Below are positions 17,519 through 26,239 of a DNA stretch of 64,000 nt, piece by piece; the stretch's first letter is position 1, and each line of letters begins with the position of its first letter. The notes below the pieces were generated by a model, which was not told the origin of the DNA, made no database searches, and worked only from the letters and a program-made list of their open reading frames with translations. The DNA comes from a candidate division WOR-3 bacterium (GTDB lineage: Bacteria > Hydrothermota > Tepidihabitantia > Tepidihabitantales > Tepidihabitantaceae): NCBI GenBank assembly GCA_013177935.1, contig JABLXZ010000004.1, positions 340,059 to 404,058 of the forward strand. The letters run 5' to 3'. The translations under genes were made by a program, and so were the position numbers.

Positions 17519-19569
17519 CCGCGCTCTCCTGTTTCCCCGTTTTCCCCGGGCAGATGTTCGGTGATTTGTGCCTTCACAACCGCCGGCTCCATCCGCACCA
17601 GTTGAATTGAGTCGAGAAACTCATAAAGCCCGTCAATATCCAGGGTCAACAGGTGGTCTTCAATCTGCAAATCTGGTGGCAAATCCCGGAAAAAAGCACC
17701 CGAACCAAGGCTGTCCTCAAACTCCAGAAGGTGGTCCCGCACCACCCGTTTTACCGCATCCCGTCCCGGTAACGGAAATCGCCCCTCCTGCAACCTTGCC
17801 GCGGGCAGTACCATCACCTTACCCGCCATATCCACCGCCGCCACCCCTTCGGACTGCAACGCCAGAGTTAAAACCCCGCCATAGGTCGCACCGAGAAGAT
17901 GAACCAGATACGCTTGACCACCTTCAAAAAAATACGGGAACTCACCCGACTTCAACCCCGGAAAAATCCTTGACTTTAACACCTCTGCCATCCGGTAAAA
18001 GTACCCGCCGGTTCCGGTTCCTTCAAAAACCTTGGTACTGGGAGATACCGCGCCGTGTGGTCGGACAAAAATTTTCTTATCCTTTTCGCGCCGTTCCACA
18101 ACCTCCCAGGATTTGCCCCCAAGAACAAACCGCTCAAACACAAAGAACACCGAACCAACCTCCTGACCGCTGCTTACATCAACCACCTGATACTGACCAA
18201 AACTCTTCTCCTGAATGTTAGAGTGAACCTTTCCGGTCTCAACCCGGTGTTCTACTTTTGGAGTAAGAAAGTAAACTCCGTTGCCCTTTTCCTGCAAAAT
18301 CCCCTCCCGCACCAGATGGAAAAACACCTTTTCCACCACCGGGCTATTTCCCACCAGCGGTTGAAAAATCCGCCGCACCGCCTCTAACGTTGTGCCGATG
18401 CGCCGGCGCTGAAAACAGTAAGAAATAATCTGCTGGGGCAGAACCGAAAGACAGGGTGTGTACCTCTTATCAAAAAGTTTTCCCTCCCGGGCACAGTCGA
18501 TAAAGGTCTCAAACAAAAGCCGCTCCCAGGGGTCAAGATAAACCCCAATCATATACAGCCCGTTCCCGCGGCGGCGATTGCCCCGGCCGATACGCTGCAA
18601 AAGGGAAGAGACATTAAACGGTGGCCTAAACAGCACCACCGCATCAACATCACCGATGTCAATTCCTAACTCAAGGGTTGAAGTACAGCAGAGGATTCCG
18701 CTCCTTTCTCCGGTCATTCTTGCCTCAACCTCCTCCCGTACCTGCCGGTTCAAACTGGCATGATGGACCCATACCCGGCCGGAAAATGGCGGCAGGTCAA
18801 AAAGCTTCACCCCGCTTTCTGCGAGAGAGCGGGCGTTAAAAAACACCAGCGCCTTGTCACAACCCTGCTCCTGCAGCCGCCTGACAACCCGCCGGTACCA
18901 ATCCTTTTTCCCTGGCAGAAGTTCGGCGTTTATCTCACGGCGCTTTGCCACCTGCACCACCCCGGCACCAGAAAAGTACCGTTCACCCATCAACACATCG
19001 TCAACCGTTGCCGAAAGCGCATAGCCATTAAAATCGGGCTTAATCAACCGTAACCGTTCCAGCAGCACCCGTAACTGGTCACCCCGGGGCGTATTGTCAA
19101 GGAGGTGAATCTCGTCAACAATGACCGCGGTCAGGGTTTTAAAAATCCGTGGATGCCGGCACAAAAGCGAGTCAAACGACTCCGGCGTGGTTAAAAGCAT
19201 AAACGGCAGTCTGCGCTCATCAATCTGCGGGTGGTCACCGGTCTTGCGCTCCAGTTTCAGCCCGAGGTACTCCAGAGGCTCAAGTAGTCGGCGATAAAGG
19301 TCGTTGACCAGCGCCCTGGTCGGTGAAACATACAGAACCGCAAAACCCCTCTTTCCCATCCCGAGCAAACGCTCCACCACCGGTGCCACCACCGCTTCCG
19401 TTTTACCCGATGCCGCGGGCGAAATAACCACCAAATTTTCGCCCCGAAGGATGCGGGGAATCGCCTCAATCTGAACTTCGGTCAATCGGCCAAACCGGGC
19501 AAAAAATGCCGGATAGGTTCGGGGCAGTAGCGCCTTTACCGCCCGCTGCTCTTTTATTTCGTCCTGCAT
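17515..19569 (-). CDS. SF2 DExH-box helicase, Lhr-core-like
   Basis: Motif I ISPAASGKTEAVV, motif II VIVDEIHLL, motif VI QRIGRGNRRRG; 684 aa; no terminal Cys4 cluster (no obvious DUF1998). Confidence 0.7.
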   Translation of the reverse strand: MQDEIKEQRAVKALLPRTYPAFFARFGRLTEVQIEAIPRILRGENLVVISPAASGKTEAVVAPVVERLLGMGKRGFAVLYVSPTRALVNDLYRRLLEPLEYLGLKLERKTGDHPQIDERRLPFMLLTTPESFDSLLCRHPRIFKTLTAVIVDEIHLLDNTPRGDQLRVLLERLRLIKPDFNGYALSATVDDVLMGERYFSGAGVVQVAKRREINAELLPGKKDWYRRVVRRLQEQGCDKALVFFNARSLAESGVKLFDLPPFSGRVWVHHASLNRQVREEVEARMTGERSGILCCTSTLELGIDIGDVDAVVLFRPPFNVSSLLQRIGRGNRRRGNGLYMIGVYLDPWERLLFETFIDCAREGKLFDKRYTPCLSVLPQQIISYCFQRRRIGTTLEAVRRIFQPLVGNSPVVEKVFFHLVREGILQEKGNGVYFLTPKVEHRVETGKVHSNIQEKSFGQYQVVDVSSGQEVGSVFFVFERFVLGGKSWEVVERREKDKKIFVRPHGAVSPSTKVFEGTGTGGYFYRMAEVLKSRIFPGLKSGEFPYFFEGGQAYLVHLLGATYGGVLTLALQSEGVAAVDMAGKVMVLPAARLQEGRFPLPGRDAVKRVVRDHLLEFEDSLGSGAFFRDLPPDLQIEDHLLTLDIDGLYEFLDSIQLVRMEPAVVKAQITEHLPGENGETGERG

Positions 19570-19604
19570 TAATGGTCTTTGCCTGACCGCTGCCGGTCCA
19601 TCTC

Positions 19605-20942
19605 CTAAGCGACCAGTTGCGGCAGAACACCCTGTTTCCGGAGCCGGGCGATGTCCAGCGCCTCAACACAGAATTTGATAAACGCCCGCACCCCGGTGCT
19701 GCTCTGCCGGGCAGCGCTGGCTAAAAGCTGTTTCTGCTCTTCAATCGGCAGTTTGAACCCGGGATAGGCACGCTCGTAAATCCGCACCATCGTGGCGAAC
19801 GCATCTGCCAGCGCCTGGTCTTCAAGCGGTGTCAGGGCAATCCGATGCCGCACCGCATTGGCAAGCCGGATATAGCCATACTCGCCCGGGGTTGGTGTCG
19901 TGGCAAAAATGACGAGAAGTGCCGGGTCCCGATATATGTAGGGCACGGGCCGTACCTGATTGTGAATCAGCCGTTCATTGACCATCTTCAACTCCGGGTC
20001 GTTCTGGGCGCAGCGCACAAGACCGTCCATAAAGTTGACACTCTTGGTCAGATAGACCACATCCCAGAGCCGGGTCACGGTCTCCGCCTCATCAATCAAC
20101 AAAACCAGCCCCTTGAGTCCCAACTCCCGGGCGATACAGGAAATCCCGGTGATGATGTTACAGTAAAAGTCCGCTGCGGTAGAAAAGTCGTAAAGCGCCG
20201 GAATCCCCTGCGCACCCCGCACCCGTGAAGCGGTTGGCATCTCTACCGCATACTCCTTGGTACTCTCACCTTCAATCCACTGCCAGAAAACCTCATTCTC
20301 CGGTGAACCGGTATCAAGCCTTCGCAGTTTGTTCAGCACCGGCCCAAAGAAAATGTGGTCGCTGAAATTCAACTGTGTTGCCGCCCGCAACAAATCCCGA
20401 TACCCGTGCTCCATCCCATCCCTGATATAACGGAGGTTGCGCACCAGTTCCCGGTAAACCCGCTTGGGTCGGTGCGGCGAAACCTCCACCGGGTCAAACT
20501 GGACAAAACTCGCCGCCATCCCTTCCTGCAATGCCCGATGTAAACAGTACTCAAGAAGATGGGTCTTGCCCGTACCGTACTCACCCTCCACCATATAAAC
20601 ATCTCCCCGATTACGGGCAAGGTTCTTGAGCGCATCCTCCAGCGTTTTAACCTCCCGTTCCCGGCCAAAGGTAAAGGTCTCAACATCCTGATGCGGCACA
20701 ATACCCAGGCGGAAAGCCTCAATCATCCGACAGGCGCTCACCCGGTCAATTGCTGCAACACTTGCGGTTGCCGACTCTAGTAAATCGCCGTCAAATTCAA
20801 ACAGAAACCGCACCCGATTGCGCGGCAACCACAACCGCAAACCGGTCTGAAACCGCACCAGCAACTCCGTTCCCTGCCACCGGCTGTCAACAACCTCGCC
20901 TTCCCCGAAGACCGGATGCGACACCAGGTTAGAACTCTTCAC
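19605..20942 (-). CDS. P-loop NTPase (paralog B) with N-terminal Tudor-like HPvFGeGeV domain; possibly BrxD/DUF2791-like
   Basis: Walker A GEYGTGKTHLL (aa ~121), Walker B LVLLIDEAE (aa ~280); N-terminus VSHPVFGEGEVVDSRWQGTELLVRFQTG resembles the UvrD/PcrA C-terminal Tudor-like motif; 14-nt overlap with the upstream paralog. Confidence 0.5.
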   Translation of the reverse strand: MKSSNLVSHPVFGEGEVVDSRWQGTELLVRFQTGLRLWLPRNRVRFLFEFDGDLLESATASVAAIDRVSACRMIEAFRLGIVPHQDVETFTFGREREVKTLEDALKNLARNRGDVYMVEGEYGTGKTHLLEYCLHRALQEGMAASFVQFDPVEVSPHRPKRVYRELVRNLRYIRDGMEHGYRDLLRAATQLNFSDHIFFGPVLNKLRRLDTGSPENEVFWQWIEGESTKEYAVEMPTASRVRGAQGIPALYDFSTAADFYCNIITGISCIARELGLKGLVLLIDEAETVTRLWDVVYLTKSVNFMDGLVRCAQNDPELKMVNERLIHNQVRPVPYIYRDPALLVIFATTPTPGEYGYIRLANAVRHRIALTPLEDQALADAFATMVRIYERAYPGFKLPIEEQKQLLASAARQSSTGVRAFIKFCVEALDIARLRKQGVLPQLVA

Positions 20943-22194
20943 GCTCCACCTTCTCCTGCTCGCTCCGCTCCAGGCGCTGGGTTGTCACCCGCAAAAGTTT
21001 CTCCGCATCCCGCTCGGTCAACACCAACCCCGGATTGGCGCGCACCTGATGCAAAAACTCCACCGCCGCAACAACAAACAACCGCCGGTAACTAACATCA
21101 AGCACAAACCCCCTGACCGCAGTCTCAGCAAGCAGTTTCAAACTCCGCTCCACACCGCTGACCTTTGCCCCGTAAGCGGTCTCAAAAAGGTCAACGAGCC
21201 GCCTGCCCAGTTCCTCCAGAAACGACACCGGCTCAATACCCAACTCCTCTAAGTTAATCCGCACCCCGACCGGATTTGCCTCAGAAAACCCGCTGCGCAA
21301 CCGCTGCTTCAGCGCCTCGTAAACCGGTCCCGAACCCTCCAAAAGCAGATTCTCATCCGGCACCGCATAGAAAAACATCGCTCCGGGCAAACGCGAGTTA
21401 CCGCACTCATCAACCAACTGCCGCAGATTGTCCAGCGCCCGGCGTCGGTCCCTTGACGAAGAGATTGACATCCCCCGCTCCGCCTCATCAAACAGCAAAA
21501 CCACGCCCCGAAACCCAATCGTATGCACCCACTGAATCAAGGAGCGCAGCATCCGGAATGCGGTTGACTTGTCAATCCGCTCGGAAATCTTAAACCGCGC
21601 CCGTGCCTCGCGGGAAATCTCCTCACCCTTAAGCCACTGCACCGCTTCGGTGAACCCGTCAATATCTTCGGCTAACAGGGCGCTGAACGCACCCTTCACC
21701 CCGTTAAAGAAACTGGTTGAGTCCGGCACCGGTAACTGCAACAGATACTCCTGCAACCGCTCTGGCTTGTCCTCCTTACTGCGCCAGGTTGCTGCCCAGT
21801 GCCGAATCACCGCATCAATCCCCTTGTCGGTCAGCGTTGCCAAGCGGCTTGTCTCCTGCGGTGCGGTCAGATTGAGCGCCACCATCTTGTAAACCAGTTC
21901 CAGTTTATCAAACGGACATTCAATCGGCGACAAACTCACATACGCCACACAGTAATTGTGCTTAAACGCCCGGTTGCGCACCGCATAAAGAAAGTGCGTC
22001 TTGCCCCCGCCGTAATTCCCGGTAACCAGTTTAAAACTGGACAGATTGTACTTCAAAATCCCGTTCAGATACTCATCCTCCACCACCTGCAACAGCCGGT
22101 CCAGCCCGACCGTAAACGCCTCAATCCCGAACTCGGGTGGTGTGCCGGTTGAGCCTAATTTATTGATAATTGCCCTTGCCAGTTCTCTATCCAT
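20929..22194 (-). CDS. P-loop NTPase (paralog A); possibly BrxD/DUF2791-like
   Basis: Walker A GNYGGGKTHFLY (aa ~60), Walker B VVLLFDEAE (aa ~232); collinear similarity to 19605..20942 (..A.R.I..LGS.G.P....E.FT.G..). Confidence 0.5.
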   Translation of the reverse strand: MDRELARAIINKLGSTGTPPEFGIEAFTVGLDRLLQVVEDEYLNGILKYNLSSFKLVTGNYGGGKTHFLYAVRNRAFKHNYCVAYVSLSPIECPFDKLELVYKMVALNLTAPQETSRLATLTDKGIDAVIRHWAATWRSKEDKPERLQEYLLQLPVPDSTSFFNGVKGAFSALLAEDIDGFTEAVQWLKGEEISREARARFKISERIDKSTAFRMLRSLIQWVHTIGFRGVVLLFDEAERGMSISSSRDRRRALDNLRQLVDECGNSRLPGAMFFYAVPDENLLLEGSGPVYEALKQRLRSGFSEANPVGVRINLEELGIEPVSFLEELGRRLVDLFETAYGAKVSGVERSLKLLAETAVRGFVLDVSYRRLFVVAAVEFLHQVRANPGLVLTERDAEKLLRVTTQRLERSEQEKVEREEF

Positions 22195-22215
22195 TGCCCG
22201 CTCCTCGCTTAAAAA

Positions 22216-23064
22216 CTACCCGTTGACAAAAGAAATATACGAATAAAAGGTGCCCTCGCCCTCCTCATTATCCGGCACCCACAGCGCCTTTGCCTTCTCC
22301 GCGGTGGCGTCAAAATTTGCCACCGACAGCCGCAACCCCTTGCCGCCAACGGTACGGACACCGGAACGCTTCAAAAGGTACAGGTCGTAACTGAACCGGA
22401 TGCGCGGGTACTCAACAAACCGCTCCCGCACCGGATTCACCCGAAACCCATCCGACTGCATCAAAAACACCATCTCGCCCAGCAAATCCACCAAAAAAAC
22501 CCGCTCCCCTTCCGCCACATTCCGCGCCACACAGACCCGGCGATAGGCGGTAAAAAGCCGCTCCCCAAACTCCGCCGGCTCCTTAATCGCCCGCTTCTTC
22601 AAACTCTCATCATAACTCCGCAACAGTTTTGCCAGCCCCAGCGGCTCCAGTTTCACCCCACCTTTTAGCAACTCAATCTCCGGACCCCAGAAAACGGTTG
22701 CTTTACCTGTGGCAAAGTCTACCCGCACCGAAAACAACCCGCACCGCAAAAACGGCAACTGCCCCTTAACATTCAAACCGCTCCCTTCCAGACCAGCAAG
22801 CAACTGCCTGCCAAACTCAAACTTAAACTCCTCCTTTGCCGCCTCAATCTGCCTCTTCTCCTCATCCAGCCACTGCCGCACCTTATCCCTTACCTCGCCC
22901 GGTGCAAGACCATCAAGTACCTTCTCCACCTCAACCACCAGCCGCTCCCTTTCATACGCATTCCGAACCGGCTCGGCAATCAGCCGGCTATAACCGGCAA
23001 GCAGTTTTGCCACCTTCTGGGACCGCAAAGCGGTATCCTTCAAAACACCAATCAGCCCTTCCAT
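22216..23064 (-). CDS. hypothetical protein (282 aa), first gene of the ATPase/helicase operon
   Basis: No recognisable motif; ATG sits 8 nt downstream of a consensus -10 hexamer. Confidence 0.5.
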   Translation of the reverse strand: MEGLIGVLKDTALRSQKVAKLLAGYSRLIAEPVRNAYERERLVVEVEKVLDGLAPGEVRDKVRQWLDEEKRQIEAAKEEFKFEFGRQLLAGLEGSGLNVKGQLPFLRCGLFSVRVDFATGKATVFWGPEIELLKGGVKLEPLGLAKLLRSYDESLKKRAIKEPAEFGERLFTAYRRVCVARNVAEGERVFLVDLLGEMVFLMQSDGFRVNPVRERFVEYPRIRFSYDLYLLKRSGVRTVGGKGLRLSVANFDATAEKAKALWVPDNEEGEGTFYSYISFVNG

Positions 23065-23072
23065 AATTTATC

Positions 23073-23101
23073 AGTATATTATCCCGACTTTATAATGTCA
23101 A
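23073..23101 (-). promoter_or_regulatory. Consensus sigma70 promoter TTGACA-17-TATACT reading into 23064 (leaderless or near-leaderless mRNA)
   Basis: rc of 23062-23104 = ctgTTGACAttataaagtcgggataaTATACTgataaattATG. Confidence 0.45.
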
Positions 23102-23507
23102 CAGAACAGTACAGACTTCTCGTCCACGAACCATCCGCGCCCCGTTGCGTCAGTTAAACCGAAAAGCGGTTGCCCGCTATTAAATCAATACGAAAAATCA
23201 CCAAAAAGTGACAAAAAACCGTGCCCTGCACAGTCCGGGGGTAATTCCTGGGATAGTCTTCTATGCCCCCTTTCTTACCCATAGCGCGTTAGCACGGAAG
23301 TGAGTCATAACGGTAGTTAGAATCACCCTTTACGATTCTATCTTATTGATAATAAATACTGTTATGTAATATACCCTGCGACCCGATACTTACTGTCGAG
23401 AAAACCGGGCACCACCCTGAGCCGTTTTTACCACCCTTTACCGGTCTATTTCCGTCTTTGTTCCGATGGCTGTTTTCTAATCTGCGTCCACCATTCCTTC
23501 GGGAAAA

Positions 23508-23530
23508 TCTTCACACCGCCTTTCGGCGGT
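23508..23530 (-). terminator. Possible intrinsic terminator hairpin after the T9SS beta-propeller gene
   Basis: ACCGCCTTTCGGCGGT palindrome directly 3' of the stop at 23536; the U-tract is weak. Confidence 0.25.
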
Positions 23531-23535
23531 CCAAC

Positions 23536-25056
23536 TTATTTGACTACAATCAATTTAAGGAAGTTAACCACCTGCTGGGTATTTTGGAGGGGGACGACTT
23601 TAATTAGATAAATTCCCGGCGCGATGCCCGCGGTGTTCAGGAGAAAATCACCTTTTCGAAGATATTCAGAGTGGCTCTTTAGTCGCCTGCCCGTGATATC
23701 AAAGACAGTAAACTGGTAATCTCCCGGTTCATAAACGGCAATCGGAACCGACTGACCACAGTGCACGATTTTTGATTTGAGCGGGTGGGAAAGGTAAGGT
23801 TGCCTTTCTGTCTCTTCAATTCCTGAACCCAGGGAAAGTTTCATTACGAAGAGGTCGAAGTTATAGATGTTATTTCCGCAACCGCCAAAAATATAGCAGT
23901 CGTTCATTCCAAACAGTTCAATGTACCCACCAGAGGTGAGTGTGTCGAATCGATAATAACGGGTAAAGATGGTGTCACCATCCGGGGTGTAGGCAACCAG
24001 CACGCATTTGGAACTGTCAGCGCGAGGACCAGGATAGGGGTCAAAGCCTATGCCACCGGTAGTAAGGATTTTACCTGATGGGTGGACCTTCAATTTGCTA
24101 AAGTTAGATTCGGGCACCTGTTGGGGAAACAACCTCTGCCACAGGAGTTCGCCTGTTGGGCTTACCTTCATCACAATCCCTTGATGGGGAAGAACCGGGT
24201 CTTCACCGGTATCACCAGAAATGTAGATGTAGTTTTCGGTGTCCACTGCAATACCAGTTGACCAATCCTCAAGATTGGCATCAAAACGGCGCCACCAGAT
24301 AATATCGCCATCAGGCGTTAATTTGATTACAAAGAAGTCAAAACTCCATTCGATAAAACTGCCAAATTCACCCGTGCCCACAAGGTTACCATCTCGGTCC
24401 CAAACCAACTCAGCAAACCCTTCGGTGTCGTCGTTGCTGCTCAGGTCGTAATCGCGCACCCAGAGGATGTCTCCTTCTGGAGAAAGTTTCATCAGTAAAA
24501 TTCCGCCCAGCAGTCCGTAGTCGTAGTAATGTCCACCAGCGATGATGTTTTGCGACTCGTCAAACACAACACTTGACAAAACTGTTTGGGGCATATTGTT
24601 AAACCGATAGCGTCTCTGCCACAACAGGTTCCCGGTAGGGTCCAATTTGATTATCAGACCATCAATTGATGAGTCACGATGCGGAAACCTAATAAGCCCA
24701 ACCACGACAATGTTGCCCATCCGGTCAATTGCGACATTAAACACCTCTTCATCATATGCGGTGTCGTCTAAAACCCAGTTCCAGAGGGTGTCGCCTGACG
24801 GACTATATTTTATTAGTAGAATCCCTATATGGTTGAAGGAATCACTGTCCATCGTTGCGGCGACGACGACAGCGTTTCCCAGCGAGTCAACCGCACCTCC
24901 GCTGCAAATGTCAACTCTTCCGGTGTCAAATTCTCTAATCCACACCACATCCTGGGCAAATACCCCACCCGTAATAATGAAGATGACAATTAAAACAAGG
25001 GGCAAGCGGCGTAGAGCCGCTTGCCCCGGATTTCTACTACTCATTGCGCCAAACAT
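23536..25056 (-). CDS. Secreted beta-propeller repeat protein with T9SS C-terminal sorting domain
   Basis: TM/signal LPLVLIVIFIITGGVFA; repeated ...GN.VV.G / ...GD..W units (SBBP-like); C-terminus ...GIYLIKVVPLQNTQQVVNFLKLIVVK. Confidence 0.6.
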   Translation of the reverse strand: MFGAMSSRNPGQAALRRLPLVLIVIFIITGGVFAQDVVWIREFDTGRVDICSGGAVDSLGNAVVVAATMDSDSFNHIGILLIKYSPSGDTLWNWVLDDTAYDEEVFNVAIDRMGNIVVVGLIRFPHRDSSIDGLIIKLDPTGNLLWQRRYRFNNMPQTVLSSVVFDESQNIIAGGHYYDYGLLGGILLMKLSPEGDILWVRDYDLSSNDDTEGFAELVWDRDGNLVGTGEFGSFIEWSFDFFVIKLTPDGDIIWWRRFDANLEDWSTGIAVDTENYIYISGDTGEDPVLPHQGIVMKVSPTGELLWQRLFPQQVPESNFSKLKVHPSGKILTTGGIGFDPYPGPRADSSKCVLVAYTPDGDTIFTRYYRFDTLTSGGYIELFGMNDCYIFGGCGNNIYNFDLFVMKLSLGSGIEETERQPYLSHPLKSKIVHCGQSVPIAVYEPGDYQFTVFDITGRRLKSHSEYLRKGDFLLNTAGIAPGIYLIKVVPLQNTQQVVNFLKLIVVK

Positions 25057-25664
25057 CGGTCTCCTTAGCCGGTGTTTCTCTCACCCACCAGTGCCAGCCG
25101 TGTTGATTCCAGGTATATTGGGAATTTATGCTGTGGCCTGTGTCCCACCACACAAGGACAGAGTCACCCTGCGTGGTTGTGGCTTCAGCGGTTTGTATGG
25201 AAAGAAGTTGAGAAGTATCTCCCCACGCAAACTTTCTGTATCTCCCCCTCACCTTGCAATAACCCTCGGTTGGCCTTATCGTTTTGGAACCGCGATTGAT
25301 ACGTCTCTTCACATAAGGGCGCTGGGGATCTGGGTAGATTAAAATCCAGGATATCGCCTTGTAGCCCGAGTGGTCTACTATGTTAGTAGAAATGTTAGAA
25401 GGATTTGCCTGTGCCAGTTGTTCAGTCGCTGTTAGATAACCCGCCGCGTGGAATTCGTCCAGTGTCATCTCTTGAAAGTCGAGACCATCGGCTTGTATAA
25501 CGGTGGAGTCTGGTTCTCCGTAAACCTCAACGACGCAGACACCTTCTTCATCATCATCGGTAAACTCGGCAACATAGTATCGTGCGGTGCTGGTTCCCTG
25601 TGCTACCAGCAATAGGGGGGGGGGCAAAAAGCAGGGTCAGGATGATGTTTTTGAGGTTGCCCAT
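25037..25664 (-). CDS. Secreted hypothetical protein; signal-peptide codons are out of frame with the body because of a G10/C10 homopolymer (phase-variable candidate or frameshift error)
   Basis: GGAGG-6nt-ATG at 25664 gives MGNLKNIILTLLFAPPP..., then stops after 36 codons; the long ORF (TTG 25627.. MPPPLLLVAQGTSTARYY...) is in the other frame. Removing one C (9 instead of 10) fuses them: MGNLKNIILTLLFAPPLLLVAQG... Confidence 0.5.
25615..25624. repeat. G10 homopolymeric tract (C10 on the coding strand)
   Basis: aataGGGGGGGGGGcaaaaag. Confidence 0.8.
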
Positions 25665-25781
25665 AAAAGACCTCCTTTATTTAACCTCGACCAACTATAA
25701 CAAATATTAACCATTTTGTCAAGAAACGGAATTTGCTCCTGTTGCGGCGGGGTACCTTATCAGAGTATGTTGTAGCCGGTA

Positions 25782-25810
25782 TTGACAGTTTGTTTATCAT
25801 TGACTTTTAT
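25782..25810 (+). promoter_or_regulatory. Putative sigma70-like promoter for the tRNA-Ser pair (TTGACA-17-TTTTAT)
   Basis: Sits in an AT-rich segment ~70 nt upstream of tRNA-Ser. Confidence 0.3.
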
Positions 25811-25877
25811 TAAATCTGATTTAGAGTATTAAGAAGTAGTCAGGCGCTTTATTGAGGCTGCTGAAGAACTGACACCA

Positions 25878-25964
25878 GGAGGGCTAGCCTAACTGGTAAG
25901 GCAGCAGACTTGAAATCTGCCGACCCTTCAACGGGTCTTGCGGGTTCGAATCCTGCGCCCTCCG
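25878..25964 (+). tRNA. tRNA-Ser (anticodon TGA), type II with long variable arm; no encoded CCA
   Basis: Acceptor GGAGGGC/GCCCTCC+G; anticodon stem GCAGA/TCTGC with loop CTTGAAA; T-loop TTCGAAT. Confidence 0.85.
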
Positions 25965-25980
25965 TAGTAAGGATAGAGCA

Positions 25981-26018
25981 GAAGCGCAGTAGCGGGATAG
26001 AGCAGAAGGCCAGAAGTA
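25981..26018. repeat. Two 24-nt-spaced direct repeats GGATAGAGCAGAAG between the tRNA-Ser genes (same family as the 46790-46948 array, opposite orientation)
   Basis: GGATAGAGCAGAAGCGCAGTAGCG / GGATAGAGCAGAAGGCCAGAAGTA, compared with rc of the array unit GAGAGAGCAGAAGAGCAGAAGCCG. Confidence 0.5.
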
Positions 26019-26065
26019 ATGTCCGACCGGAACGCTTTTCTGCTACTGACTTTTACGCAAATCTG

Positions 26066-26153
26066 GAGAGGTGGCCGAGCGGCTGAAGGCAACCGCTTGC
26101 TAAGCGGTTATACGGCTAACCCCGTATCAAGGGTTCGAATCCCTTCCTCTCCG
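26066..26153 (+). tRNA. tRNA-Ser (anticodon GCT), type II
   Basis: GGAGAGGTGGCCGAGCGGCTGAAGGCA D-arm typical of tRNA-Ser; anticodon loop TTGCTAA; T-loop TTCGAAT; acceptor CCTCTCC+G. Confidence 0.85.
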
Positions 26154-26239
26154 TTTAACAACGCTCCCTTTTGCCCGCTTGTGCTAAAAACAGATGGGCA
26201 GGGGAAAATAATTTGACGATAACTCAATAACATTTAACT

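Noticed and set aside
23105-23505. RNase P RNA, tmRNA, SRP RNA or 6S RNA in the long intergenic gaps (also 54437..54880)
   Set aside because: I could not find the conserved blocks by eye (P4 GGAAAGTCCGG / ACAGAACCCGGCTTA, tmRNA tRNA-like end, SRP GGAAGCAGCC). Left as unassigned non-coding.
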